Position numbers and translations under genes: made by a program | Shown: positions 35,648-52,150 of the stretch, piece by piece | Layout of the letters: every line of letters begins with the position of its first letter | How positions within the stretch are numbered: the stretch's first letter is position 1 | Source: the human T2T-CHM13v2.0 reference genome, Homo sapiens | Assembly: GCF_009914755.1 (NCBI RefSeq) | Contig: NC_060926.1 | Direction: 5' to 3' (one strand) | Length of the DNA stretch: 64,000 nt | The notes under the pieces: model-generated | What the model was told of the DNA's origin: nothing | The model's database searches: none | What the model saw: only the letters and a program-made list of their open reading frames with translations

Positions 35648-38575
35648 GTGAGCGGCCCCTGCGGGCGGCGGCCCAAGGGCCCAGCGGGCGGGGGGAGCTG
35701 CGGGCTGGAACTGCTCCGTGCCTGAGAGAAACTCCACGTCCTGCCTCTGGCCGCCGCCGCGCGGCCCCCTGACAGCTGACAGCCGGACCCGGGGGAGCGG
35801 GGGAGGCGCTGGACCTCGGGGGAGCCCCGGCCCGGGGGCGGCAGCGGCCGGGAAGGACCCAGAGCTAGGGGGAGAGCGGCGGCGCGAGGCCAGGCCGGGG
35901 GTGGGGCTGAATGGGACGCGGTGGCTCCATTCAGTCCAGTTGGAGCCTCGCCCCGAGCCTCTGAGATTGACGGGCGGGGGAGCCTCCTCGGTCAGCTGAC
36001 GAGGAAACTGAGGCGCTGGGATCTACCAGAGTCTGCTCCTTGGTTCACGTGGTGAGGGTGGAGAAGGGTCTTCTCTTGAAATCGAATGGACTGTTGGGAA
36101 GGGGTAACAAGGAACCGGAAGATTGAGTTACACAAGGTGATACCTGTTTTCAAAGCTGTCATAGTTCCAAAAAGTCTGAATTCAACTTTCTTCCTCCTCA
36201 TTCACTTTGTTGGAAAAAAAAACCACATGCATATATGTATATGTTATACGTACACATGTGTTTATAATTTTCTGCATATCTGTAGGTACAGTCATATACG
36301 TGCACGTACAGTATGTGTGTAAACATGCGTGCACACACCCACTTAGCAACTGGGGAATCAGTTGTGTCATCAGCTTAAGTACTTTTGGGTCCCATGGTTT
36401 GGTGAGGGGTACAGACCTCCCAGAAGAGCAGTCACTGCCTTATGTGAAAGGGGTAGGGAAGAGGAATGTGGAGCTGGGGAAGGAGGGCGGGTGCAGCAGG
36501 AAGGCCTGACATGTTAGGGAGTGGTGACAGCTGCAGAAGCAGGGCGAGCTCTGAGCTGGAGCCTGAAGAATAACTCGAAGGCAACGAGGTTGGGGATAGG
36601 GTGAGGGAAAAGAGCAAGAATCACTCAAGACGGAGAAAACTGCTGTCAAAAGGTGTGGAGGAGAGTTTGACCAAATCGTATGTGGTGGGGATGGGGGCGG
36701 TAGTGTTAAGGGTCTTGGACTTCATACCCTTTGAGTCTTTTTAAGAAGCGCCTCTTCATATCCTCCCACTCCCTCTTCAGCTGTTTCCATGTCTTGGTAA
36801 ATGACAGATATAAAAGCCCGGCTTTTCTCACTGTCCCACTCCCACCCATGTCCTGTTAGTCAAGGAGCTCTGACTTTTACTTTTGAAAGTATCTCCAAAT
36901 CTCCGATACGTCCTCCATTCCCATTGCCAGTACCTTAACTCAGACCTTCATCATCTCTAGGCTAGATTGATTGTCCCTGTTCACCAGCCCATCATCCCCA
37001 GTACACCAAAGTCATTTTCTTACATGCAGAGCCACTGTCCCATGTTCCAGACCCTCTCTGCTGCCCTCAGGCTTCACTTTGGCCAACCTTCGTTAGCTAA
37101 GCCTTTGCTAACCTCACACCACTCCTCCTCTTACTGGGGTTTTTGTGCCAGATTGTCATGCAGTAGAACTTTCTCTCCCTGAGCCTGGACCACCAAGTGA
37201 CCTGTGCCTGGTGGTGACTAATTTGTTATATATCTACTGCATGTCATGCACGTGCTAACTGCTCTTGTGCCTTTTCTAATTTAACCGTGACAGCAACTTG
37301 CTGAGGCATAGGTGCTATACTAGCTCCCTTCCACAGACTAGGAGATTGAGGCTTTCAAATGGAAACGATTTGCCAAAGCTGCATCTCTAGCAGCAAGATG
37401 CAAACTCAGGAAGAGCATTCCAGAAATACTTTTGGACTCAAAAGATCAGATTTGGATTTTAGAATTAGATCAGACTCTCTGGCAGGGGAGAATAGGTTAA
37501 GCAGGGCAAGACAAGTCACAGAGACGAGTTAGGAGGCAGGGCAGGAGCCCAGGCTGCAGCTAATAAGTAAGTGAGCCACCGTCATTGCGGGGGTAGGGAA
37601 GAAGAGATGGATTTGGAGGTTTTGGAGGTGGGTTTTATAAGGACTTGTTTTCTACAGCAATCCTTTCTTGGGTTTTACTTTGCTAGGCTAAGCGGGAAGT
37701 ACAAAGATGAAATTGAACTTTTTCCCTCAAAGAGCACATCTCTTTGTAGATAAACCATAGTCAGGAAAGAGTATTTTCAGTATGGTTGATAATTCCAAGT
37801 AATGTGTTAGTGCCTCATGTTTTCCAGACAGACTTCCAAAAGAGGTCATGAGTAAAGTTATAAAAAAGAAAAATGATTTGACAACCTTACCAAAGAATTT
37901 TTACCTGACACATTGAATTGCCTTATTCTTTAATTCAAAAAATATTTATGAACCTTTAAAAGCCTTAAGTTGCTAACACTCTGTCCAGTGTCCAGTGTGA
38001 AAGCTCATTTCACACCAATGAGCTTTCTGTGGGCGGTCAGCACTATTGGCTGTATTCTCCTTTTCCTTAGTGATCCTCCCTGCCCACAGTCTGATTTGAG
38101 TTAGTCTTGATTTCTTTCAGAACGTGGGCCTGTGAACTTGGCTGGTTTTCTTAGCCAGATAAATAGTAGAGCATGGATGGAGGTATGTGGCAGAAGGGTC
38201 ACAGTGGTGATCCCCCAGCCCAAAAGTGAAAGGCACTCAGGAGGTGCTTCACTACCGGGTTCCATTAGTGGATTTAATCACAGGTGATCCAAGGCTTTCA
38301 GAACACTGGGCAATTCTTCACAAGCTCCTTGAGGGCAGAAGTAGTGTGTTCCTCACCTAAGTATCCATGTGGGCTCCACACTCTGCTCCCCATTCTCCCC
38401 GCGGCCATATGCCTCAAATGGTGCTGGGACATGGGAGACACTCAGATGTTCGTTGAACTGGATTCAACAAACATGTTTAAATGAAATCCTTTTGACTTAC
38501 AACCGGGTGTTTATTATATGTTCCTCAAAGTCCCATAAAGTGGATGTGAATTCTCATTGACATGTGTGGGTTCAG

Positions 38576-38704
38576 TTGACAGGCGGGTCGAGTCTGAAGA
38601 ATCCGGCGATGAAGAAGGGAAGAAACACAGCAGTGGCATCGTGGCCGACCTCAGTGAACAGAGCCTGAAGGATGGGGAGGAGCGGGGGGAGGAGGACCCA
38701 GAAG
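38576..38704 (+). CDS. PPP1R7: PPP1R7 exon 2 (VDRRVESEESGDEEGKKHSSG...EEDPE)
   Basis: Acceptor ttcag ending at 38575, donor AAG|GTACCA; 129 nt, phase 1/1 (skippable in frame). Confidence 0.95.
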
Positions 38705-38998
38705 GTACCAGGCCCAGCTCCCTTGGGGACATCTGCTGGTTGGGGGATGTGGGCTGTGCTGCACGTGGTCTGGCCCTGGGTGTGGGTGCTGTGTCGGTCT
38801 GGAGAAGGACTGCCGTGCTCCTTAGGGGCCCTCAGTGGCCCAGGGCAGGTGGATATGCTCTTTGAGGTGCTCCTTCAGCAGGCTGACTCATTGATGGCGT
38901 TTGCAAAAAGGATGTGGTTTTTTCCAATTCCACTGAAGGCAAATCCTAGCACAAATATGGGTACTAGTATGCCGTCTGAGACAGAACCATGACATTGT

Positions 38999-39859
<861 letters not shown>

Positions 39860-41493
39860 CTAAAGAAAGAAAACACATCAAACGGGCTGAGTCTGTCCAA
39901 ACAGCAGGTTTAAGAAGGATCTATACATTTTGTGTTTTCTAGATTTGTATACAGTGTATGAATAATCATGCATCCCTTATGAAAATAAATTTATGAAGAA
40001 ACAAACCTAATTTTTAAAATAACATTGTGCTCTCTGTGCCAGCAAAGATGATTGGTAACTATGGCAACCTACTTTTAAGTCACAAGGAGATTACCACAAA
40101 AGTACCAGTCACATTCACTTTGGAACTTTGAGGCTGATGTTCTGGAAGTGATGTGGGTGGAATAAAGTGCATGGGAGTGATAGATGGAAGCTTCCGTCAT
40201 CGCCTGACTTAGTCACCAACAGTGGAGCGGTAGGAGCCCCCGCTATCCTCAGATGGGTGCTGCTGAGACATTGGGTGTTTATGGAGGACTTGAGAGTTGG
40301 CAGAGCAAGCCTTGTGTGCTTTCTTTCCCTGGCTCACTAGCACAGGCTAATCATGTTGTCATCATGTTCTGTAAGTACACCAGTGTGGTAATGTGTTATA
40401 GATGAGGAAAATGAGACTCTCTGCAGCTTGTCCAAGGGCACACGGCTACAAGGCAGACCAGCTGGCCTGGCCTGGAAAAATCCAAGTTTTTTCTTCGAGA
40501 TGATTAGCTGATTATGAATTTTCTGGGAATATGCATTTCTAGCCCTTAGAGGAGCCAAGACTTGCTCCTACCTGTATTTATTTAAGTCTTAAATTCAATT
40601 AAAACAAATTTAATCATGTCAACTGTTACCTTCTACCTATTTTCCTTAAATTATTTTTAAAATATGATGAATATATAATACACTCAGAAGGGCATTCTAG
40701 GCTGGAAACCTTGTTTCAGAGGTTAGCTGACATTTTGAGTGGTGAGCGGCCAGCCCTGCTGGCTGTATTACAAACAAGACCCCTTAAAGCCATGCGACCG
40801 TGTGTCCTGAGGAGCCTGGCACAGCCCGTTTCTGCCTGCTGGCCCAGCATAACTGTGCCCTTCTGCTCTCAAAGGGTCCTGGTTTGGACTACATGACCTG
40901 GGCGCCCTGCCTTAATTGTAGCACCTCTTCCAGTGCAACTTCCTGAGTTTATGAACGGTGACTTGACACTGTCTTTTGAGGTGATTTGTTATCTATCTCT
41001 TGGTTTTGCCCAGTTCCTTTTATTTAATTCTTAGGTTGGTATCCTTTACAGTTGTGGATAAACTATAGTAAACTTTTTTTTTTAACTAACCACAGTTGAT
41101 GGTTATAGAAAAGGCATAGTGGAAAACAATGAAGTGAATGCAACCATGTGGGATCATGACTTTGTTAAGCTGGTCTGATGTCAGGTGCTCCTCTCAGAGG
41201 CCTCCAGGTGAGAGGAGGAGCCAGGCTGGAGGAGCCAGCCCTTGGCATGGGGTCCAGGGCTGTGTGAGCTCACTCCCCTGCAGAAGCAAGTGCACGTTTG
41301 CTCTAGGAAGAGCCATAGTAACAGCACTGACAGCCCTGTAAGGTAGTGACAATGACAATCTGTTTACAGGAGAAAGAACATCCTATGCGTATAATTCACA
41401 GACTCCAGACTGGGAGAAGCACTACAAGACAAACAGCTTGTTTTCCTACAACAGAAAACTGCAAGGGGAAAAAAGAAATTTAAGAAAAATGCT

Positions 41494-41790
41494 GGGCTGG
41501 GTGCAGTGGCTCGTGCCTATAATCCTGGCACTTTGGGAGGCCAAGGTGGGAGGATCACTTGAGGCTAGGAGTTCCAGACCAGCCTGGGCAACATAGCGAG
41601 ACCCTGATTGTACAAAACATGGTTTTAAAAAATTAGCCAGGCATGGTAGCACACACCCGTAGTCTCAGCTTCCTGGGAGCCTAAGACAAGGATTGCTTGA
41701 GCCCACAAGTTCAAGGCTGCAGTGAGCTATGATCACACCACTATACTCCAGCCTGAACAGCAGAGTGAGACCCTGTCTCTTAAAAAAAAA
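41494..41790 (+). mobile_element. AluJ-like within an old L1 3' fragment (~41330-41960)
   Basis: Alu consensus match; flanking L1M-like text. Confidence 0.85.
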
Positions 41791-41967
41791 TTAATTTAAA
41801 AAAGTTTTTTAAAAGAGAAATACCGTCTAGTCACAATATACAGCCTTATTTGGATCATAATGCAAGTAAACTAAGGAAAGAAATGTTAAGACAGTTGAGG
41901 AAATACGAACACTGACAATCTTTGGTGATATTGAGGAATTACTGTTAATTTTTTTAAGTGTTTTGAG

Positions 41968-42098
41968 GGGTGAGTGTGCGTGTTTGTGTGTCTGCATGAG
42001 TCTGTGTATACCACTGTTGTGCATGCGTGTGTCTGTGTAGTGTGCATACGTGCCTGTGTGTCTTTGTGCATGCGTGTGTGTGTGCATCTGTGTGTGTC
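41968..42098. repeat. Imperfect (TG)n repeat
   Basis: GTGTGCGTGTTTGTGTGTCTGCATG... Confidence 0.8.
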
Positions 42099-42912
42099 TT
42101 AGTCCTTTTCAGCACACATGCTGAAGTAGGTTCCAATGAAATGAAATGAGGAAGTGCTTAACAGGGAAGCTGTCGCCTCAGCAGGGAGAGCAGCTCTCTC
42201 CCTCCTCCGCACAGAGGATGCCGGCTCCGGGGTAGAGAGTCCTCGTGAAATCCAATGGGCTTCTCTGCTGGAGTGAGTTCACCAGTCTCCCCACTGAGAA
42301 GTGTGTTTAAATTATTCAGTGAGCTTCTTTGATCCTATCTGTTGAACTATGTTTTGTTTTGTTTTGCTCTTTGCAGAGGGAAGTGTTTGTAGATGCTGGG
42401 CCACCTTCCAAAGCAATAAAAGGCCCATCCTAGAGCATCTGATGTGCCCAGCATGGTCTAGATTCTAATGGCCTGGTTTATTGCCACAAACAAAAAGAGA
42501 AAAGCTACATGGGAGGCAGGCTGCTGCCAGTTCTGCAGCTCTGGGAGTCACGGAAAGGCAGTAGTGCTACCCTGCTCACCTGCACTCAGCTACTTCCTCC
42601 CCTCCTTCCCACTAACAGGTTCAAAACACATTTCCTTTCTCAGGAAGTTCAAAGGCACAGATGGATGTTTGGTGACCTTTGCCAATATCTGAATTCAGGA
42701 AATTCAGAATGCTTAAAACATCACTATTGTTGGAGCAGGGTCTAACCCTGCCACATTCTCCAGGTCCTCAGCAAACCTTCCCATTGGTTCCTCCTCGGGG
42801 TTTGAGCTGGCTCTGGGCACCAAACAGCCCCAGACCTCAGCCAGAAGCAGCTCTTCACCAGTGCCTCCTGTTAATGGGGTTCTGAACAAATCTCTTTTTC
42901 TTATTTTTTCAG

Positions 42913-42968
42913 AAGAACATGAGCTGCCTGTGGACATGGAAACCATCAACCTGGACAGAGATGCAGAG
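42913..42968 (+). CDS. PPP1R7: PPP1R7 exon 3 (EEHELPVDMETINLDRDAE)
   Basis: Acceptor ttttttcag, donor GAG|GTAATG; 56 nt, phase 1/0. Confidence 0.95.
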
Positions 42969-43589
42969 GTAATGCCGCCTGCTCAGCCCAGCCTTGGGCG
43001 TGGTGATGGACCACCCTGTCAGGTTATCTTGTATGAGATTAGTAAGTTATTTCCCTAGAGAGGTGGCCTAAGCCTCCCTTGGTTGAGTCAGAGTCCCGTG
43101 TTCATGTTTTTCTTACCAGTGATTGTTATCCCCATGTCTATTCGACCCTTGAGGATTGTGTGGCAGATGAGATGCCTTTGACTCATACATTGTCTGGGTC
43201 TGATGATTACATTATACATGAGGGTCCCAATGGCCCCAGGCTGTGTATGACTGGCCACTGGGCCTCCTGAGCCCACAGCGTGTCTCTGATGGTGATGGGA
43301 TGGGGTGCATATCCTCAGAACCTGAGCTTATGTTTTGTGCATACAGGATCTAAGGAATGAGAAAAAGATGTCATGTACCAATCATTTTAAGGGCCAGTTT
43401 TACATAAAACTTAGTCATCACTAAGCCAAAGAGCCCCCGCAGCACACCTTGTCACTGACATCTGTCTGCTGCAGACCCACCTGGCACTGCCTCCCCCACT
43501 GCTGCCCACTTCCAGGCCGCCTCTTCTAGGACGACACAGGTCTCCAGCCACTTTGCTATAGCTGAGTATAGATTTCTGCTTTGTTTCAG

Positions 43590-43655
43590 GATGTTGATTT
43601 GAATCACTATCGCATAGGGAAGATTGAAGGATTTGAGGTACTGAAGAAAGTGAAG
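43590..43655 (+). CDS. PPP1R7: PPP1R7 exon 4 (DVDLNHYRIGKIEGFEVLKKVK; one 22-aa LRR)
   Basis: Acceptor tttcag, donor AAG|GTGAGA; 66 nt. Confidence 0.95.
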
Positions 43656-44318
43656 GTGAGAGGGACTCTTATGAGGGGACTATGACGCTCACCCATAGGA
43701 TGTGGATAAGTCCAGAATCGAGCAGTCAGTCCTGAGTTGTGGTCCTTGTCCCAGCCTGTGGGCGGCGTGGCTGCCTCCACCTTGTAGCAGGCCTTTCTTT
43801 ACTGGGAGCACAGCAGGTGTGAGACAGCAGTCGAGGGACTTGAGGCACAGCCCTGGGGCTGGCTCTCCTGAGCCCAGGCAGCCAGTGACCTGTGACTCTG
43901 GCCTGCCTCAGTTTCTGTGCCTGTGTTCAATTAGGCACTCGCTGACTTTTACAGTCCTCCGTGCCTCTCATTGGAATTTGTCAAAATTGAGCCCACCAAA
44001 GGTTCTTATGTTCTGCCAGGAAGTGGCAGACACCCACACCCCAGGCCAACGCCTCCCTCCCCAACTGGCCTGCTTGGTGGGGAGCCTGCCTCCTGCCTCC
44101 CTTTGGGTTCCCGCCCATCCTCAGGTGTGTTAAGGAATTATAGCTTAGTGCCCTTGCCCACCTGCCTCTCAAAGGTCAGCACCTTTCTAGGAAACAGCAG
44201 GAGAATGAAGACATGTCCTTCTACCAGAAAGGCCTTTCTTGTGTCCTCCAGTATCAGCTGAGGCCTTCTCGTGGCCTCCCCCTTGCCTGTGTCAATTGTC
44301 CCTTTTCCCATCCCCCAG

Positions 44319-44449
44319 ACTCTCTGCCTCCGCCAAAATTTAATTAAATGCATTGAGAATCTGGAGGAGCTACAGAGTCTTCGAGAGCTGGATCTTTACG
44401 ACAACCAGATCAAGAAGATTGAGAATCTGGAGGCGCTAACAGAGCTGGA
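44319..44449 (+). CDS. PPP1R7: PPP1R7 exon 5 (TLCLRQNLIKCIENLEELQSLRELDLYDNQIKKIENLEALTELE; SDS22-type LRRs)
   Basis: Acceptor cccccag, donor GGA|GTGAGT; 131 nt; LxxLxLxxNxIxxIEN pattern. Confidence 0.96.
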
Positions 44450-44854
44450 GTGAGTCATGAGACCCACAGGAGAACAGCATGGTGGGAAGGCCACTGGGTG
44501 GGGGGTGTCCAGTCTCCAGAGCCAACCTCCTGCTGGCTCTTAGCCCTTGAGAGGCTGCCTCTGCCACAGGGTCCTGCCCTGCATCTGAATCCCAAGTCTC
44601 TGCCTCCTGTTTTCAGGGCTCCAGGAGGCCTCATCGGCTTCATGCATGTCTTTGGCTTCCTGAACAATCCTGACTTCCAAAGTAAATCTTTGATGGGAAG
44701 GCTGCAGTGGGGACTTCTAGAAAGCCTCCATTCAGGGATGATACTGAGATCGGTAGAGAGGAAAGTTAATCCAGAATTGCCTCTTGCCTTTTGAATACTC
44801 TTTTTTTTAATTACAAAAAAAAGTGACATTTCTAATTTAAGGAGTCAGGTCCTA

Positions 44855-44997
44855 GGCCAGGTGCAGTGGTGCATACCTGTAATCTCAGTGCTTTGGGAGG
44901 CCAAATTGGGAGGATCACTTGAGCCTAGAAGTTCGAGATAGCCTGGGCAACATAACAAGACCCTGTCTACAAAAATTAAAATTAAAATTAAAAAAGA
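44855..44997 (+). mobile_element. FLAM / Alu left monomer
   Basis: Single monomer with A tail; flanked by AAGGAG.CAGGTCCTA. Confidence 0.85.
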
Positions 44998-45437
44998 AGG
45001 AGCCAGGTCCTACTTATAACTTTACCTGGATTTCTGCCCTTTGTCGCTCATTCATTTTTGCTTGTTTTGTTTCTGTTTCTAATTCAATACTTCTCAGGCC
45101 CCTTCTGTGTGCAGAGCCTGGTGTGAGGTCCTGTCATGGGCACAAGTGTGAACAAAACATAGTTTCTGCCTCAAATACCATACTGGGAGCCAGGGCATCA
45201 GGAGCCTGTAGGCTGCCTCTGGCTTGCTCCGGGCTCCTGGGCAGCCTCCAAATCCCTCATGACAGCATCAGTGTGAGCCAGGCGGCAGCAGGGGCACAGT
45301 CAGAACCCCCCACCCTCTCCCACCCGGTAGTGACTGCCGTCCCCTGATGGGGACGCCACCTTTAGTGGTTAAATTGTGAGTTCTATGCAACCTATGCTCG
45401 TGAAATTTTTTTAAAAAACTGTTTTGGTTGTTCTCAG

Positions 45438-45600
45438 GATTCTAGATATTTCTTTTAATCTGCTGAGAAACATCGAAGGGGTTGACAAGTTGACACGACT
45501 GAAAAAACTCTTCTTGGTCAACAATAAAATCAGTAAAATTGAGAACTTAAGCAACTTACATCAACTACAGATGCTAGAGCTGGGATCTAACCGCATCCGG
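45438..45600 (+). CDS. PPP1R7: PPP1R7 exon 6 (ILDISFNLLRNIEG...LELGSNRIR)
   Basis: Acceptor ttctcag, donor CGG|GTAGGT; 163 nt, phase 2/0. Confidence 0.96.
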
Positions 45601-45926
45601 GTAGGTGCAGACAGCCCTGACTAGTATATTCAGGGAGAGGCAGCTAGCGGGTTGTGTGTGGACTCAGTGGGTGTATGTAGAATGCATGGTGAGTCTGCAT
45701 TTCTTACAATGCTGTGATTTTTTTCATGAACAAGGAAATTACTATTTTTTTAAGAAAAAATGCTAACTGAAAGTCAGTATCAGTAAGTCCTGAGTGGTCT
45801 AGCCTTTCTTCCGCACGTAGATTTCAGTTGCTCTTCATCCAGATCATGACCCTGAATCACACTGTTCCCAGTTACATTCTGCCTGAGATGAACCAACCAA
45901 CCTGAATGCCTTGCTCTTGAACTTCC

Positions 45927-46600
45927 TCATGGTCATCTTCTCTGGCATGCTTCTTCGAGATGAAAGTTTCCCAAGCCCAGCAAAGTGGTCACTTGGAGTG
46001 AACTGATGTACATACCGGGGCTTTAGAAAGCCTCTTGATCATGGTCATCTTCTCTGGCATACTTCTTCGAGATGAAAGTTTCCCAAGCCCAGCAAAGTGG
46101 TCACTTGGAGTGAATTGATGTACATACCGGGGCTTTAGAAAGCCTCTTGATCATGGTCATCTTCTCTGGCATGCTTCTTCGAGATGAAAGTTTCCCAAGC
46201 CCAGCAAAGTGGTCACTTGGAGTGAATTGATGTACATACCGGGGCTTTAGAAAGCCTCTTGATCATGGTCATCTTCTCTGGCATACTTCTTCGAGATGAA
46301 AGTTTCCCAAGCCCAGCAAAGTGGTCACTTGGAGTGAACTGATGTACATACCGGGGCTTTAGAAAGCCTCTTGATCATGGTCATCTTCTCTGGCATGCTT
46401 CTTCGAGATGAAAGTTTCCCAAGCCCAGCAAAGTGGTCACTTGGAGTGAACTGATGTACATACCGGGGCTTTAGAAAGCCTCTTGATCATGGTCATCTTC
46501 TCTGGCATGCTTCTTCGAGATGAAAGTTTCCCAAGCCCAGCAAAGTGGTCACTTGGAGTGAACTGATGTACATACCGGGGGCTTTAGAAAACCTCTTGAT
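45927..46600. repeat. Near-perfect tandem array, 6 x 112 bp
   Basis: CATGGTCATC starts at 45928, 46040, 46152, 46264, 46376 and 46488. Confidence 0.97.
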
Positions 46601-47774
46601 GCTGACACACTCCCAAAGGCAGTGCTGAGTTGGGCCTTCCTCCCTGGACAGCTTTATACTCCTGGACACCGTCCCCAGCAGGATTAGATCTGTTCTCCAG
46701 GATCCATTTGACCTTGAAAACGTGGGACAGAATGGAAATAAAAGAATTTTGAAAAGTGATCTGGTGTTCCACAGAAGCAGGATCAAGTCTTCACCAGCTG
46801 ACTCATAACCACCGTCATGTGCTGGAGGGGAACTTGGGAGGGCGTCCCAGGAGGACTGACATTGGAGGTGGATCTGCCAGGCAGGGAGGAGGGAGGGTTC
46901 CCGTGGGCAGGAAGGAGGACTTCTCTCAGCCAGAAGAACACTTGAGCCCCATGCCTGGCTCCTAATCAGGGTCATGGCACGGAGCCTTTGCTCCCCCGGC
47001 CTGGCTTAGTGGCTTTGGCAGCTGTGTCTAAGCACATCCGCCCCTGCCCATGTTCAGAGTGCCCCTCTACTTGGCTTCTGGAAGTATTACAGCATTCTCT
47101 GTCTGTCCTGGGCCCTTGAGAGCTTGGACAGGATACAAACCAAGGGAGGGTGGTTTTGGCAACAGTCTCTTGACAGTTATTGTTAGAGATCTCATGGCCA
47201 CAAATAGCAAAGCAGCACATTTAAAACTAGAGAGCAGCCCAGATGTCCGCATTTTACCAAGTGTCTCACTATGGAACTTTCTAGGGCAACAGTGGCTCAT
47301 CACAAATTAATGCAGGCTACAGCATGTGAGGATGCCCCTGCCCCCGCCAAGTCCTGCAGTGGTGTGTGGATTAGCACACCATCTCCCCTCCTAGAGTCCC
47401 CACCTGGTTAGCATGCACCTCATCTGGTTATTTTGTGTCTGCTGAAATATTTAAAGAATGACTTGTTCTGAGAGAGAGTGAACTGACAGAGGAGGGAAAC
47501 TGAAGTCAAATCAATAAACAGTCATTAAACATCCTGCTGTAGGCAAGTCACCATGGGGAGACCAGACAGGGCAGCGTGGTCACTGCCTCTGGAGGTTTAT
47601 GGTTGAATAGAGGAGCACACGATCACAGCAAGAGTGATGTAGGAGGGTGTGGAAACTGGGCAAGAGGGGCAGAGTGCTGTGGTGTGAGGGCCCCCCAGGA
47701 ATCCTAAGTGAGGGTCCCAGGATTTCAAAGACTTGAGGTCAGAGTGCCCCGTACCTCTCTTCTGTAGAGACTGA

Positions 47775-48070
<296 letters not shown>

Positions 48071-48390
48071 CAGGGGGACATTTTAATGTGTCAGCTCACA
48101 AATTTAGAACTGGAAGGGACTTGGGAATCTACTGGTCCTTGGGTTCTGAGACTGTTCCTCAGCACCCCAGGAAATCTGAGGGTTGGGAATGAGCTCAAGA
48201 CAGTCTTGGACTCGCCACTATTGTATTCTACCTTCAAGTAGGATTTCCACTGGAAGTCTTAGCAGATACGTCACTAGCCCCACATCGCAGAGCTGAAGCC
48301 CACATAGCTCTGCCCCGGTCCAGGCACCTGCTGGCTGCCTGGGGCAGCCTGTCAACTGCAGTACTCATTGCTGTTCTGTCCTTTCCACAG

Positions 48391-48507
48391 GCAATCGAAA
48401 ATATCGACACCTTAACCAACCTGGAGAGTTTGTTTTTGGGGAAAAACAAAATTACTAAACTTCAGAACCTGGATGCGCTCACCAACCTGACAGTCCTCAG
48501 TATGCAG
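48391..48507 (+). CDS. PPP1R7: PPP1R7 exon 7 (AIENIDTLTNLESLFLGKNKITKLQNLDALTNLTVLSMQ)
   Basis: Acceptor ttccacag, donor CAG|GTACGG; 117 nt. Confidence 0.96.
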
Positions 48508-48628
48508 GTACGGAGCTTCCTGAGCCGCCCTTCCCTGCGAGCCCTGGCAGGGCCAGCGCTGCTGGACACAATCTTAGTTTTTATCCTTCACTGCCTTCAC
48601 AATTGGCACTTCGTTGCACTATTAGTAA

Positions 48629-51308
<2,680 letters not shown>

Positions 51309-51442
51309 CATTCTAGCATGTTTTAAGTGAAATTCTCTGTTCTTAGAATTCTTCAAGATAACACAAAACCTCGTTTCCTAAAAACCGTTTCATTTCATAC
51401 CTTCTGTACTGTTCTGACAGCTGTGTGCTCTCCCTCTTGCAG

Positions 51443-51547
51443 AGCAACCGGCTGACCAAGATCGAGGGTCTGCAGAACCTGGTGAACCTGCGGGAGCTGT
51501 ACCTTAGCCACAATGGCATCGAGGTCATCGAGGGCCTGGAGAACAAT
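51443..51547 (+). CDS. PPP1R7: PPP1R7 exon 8 (SNRLTKIEGLQNLVNLRELYLSHNGIEVIEGLENN)
   Basis: Acceptor cttgcag, donor AAT|GTAAGA; 105 nt. Confidence 0.96.
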
Positions 51548-52150
51548 GTAAGACACCCACTGTCTGTCTGGGGCTGTGTGGGCGGTGGGCACCAGGCGGG
51601 CAGGCACCTGGCCAGCCAGCACACACTGGCCTCTCGGGCCGGTGTCAGGAAGATGCCCTGCCTCTGGAGGTTTATCAGAAAGACCTTCCCATCCTAAAAA
51701 CTAAGGGACCCTTTCCTCATACTGAAAAGTGCAGGAGCTGTGTGTGCCTGTTGGCCCTCTGCCCTGAGTGTGCCTTGAAGGGCTGACGCTTTATGTGGGA
51801 TTTCAGCACAGGCTTCCCTAGGCTTCCTCAATGGGGCAGCATCCATTGCACACCCACTGTGCACTGCAGGCATTTTGCAAGATTTGAAAAAAACAAACCC
51901 AACCTGCTCGTAAAGGGCCCTGTATGAGGGTGACTGGCATCCCTTTAGGCCACTGACCTGTCCATGGGTCCACTGGCCTCAGCCCCTACTTCCCAGCCCA
52001 CAGAGAGCACAGGACCAGCTCTCAGTCCCAGCCCCTTCCTCTTCTTACAGTATGAGCAGCTTCCTCCTCCCCCATTCCTCCCTGCCTGCTTTCCACACCT
52101 GTCCTCACCTGTTCATGCTCCTCCCTCCCTCCCCGGCCCTTCTCACTCAG

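Larger units (their letters stand above)
33970..35995. promoter_or_regulatory. CpG island / bidirectional promoter shared by PASK and PPP1R7
   Basis: Very high GC and CpG density; CCAAT at 34589; GC box GGGCGGG at ~34649; inverted CCAAT (ATTGG) at ~35509 and ~35543; ETS-like TTCCGGAA at ~35570. Confidence 0.93.

Noticed and set aside
34021-35999. Many 90-226 aa ORFs on both strands in the CpG island
   Set aside because: Expected from stop-codon scarcity at high GC; Arg/Pro/Ala-rich with no recognisable homology
45927-46600. CRISPR array or snoRNA cluster reading of the 112-bp array
   Set aside because: No spacers; no convincing C box (RUGAUGA) with terminal stem and no H/ACA architecture visible
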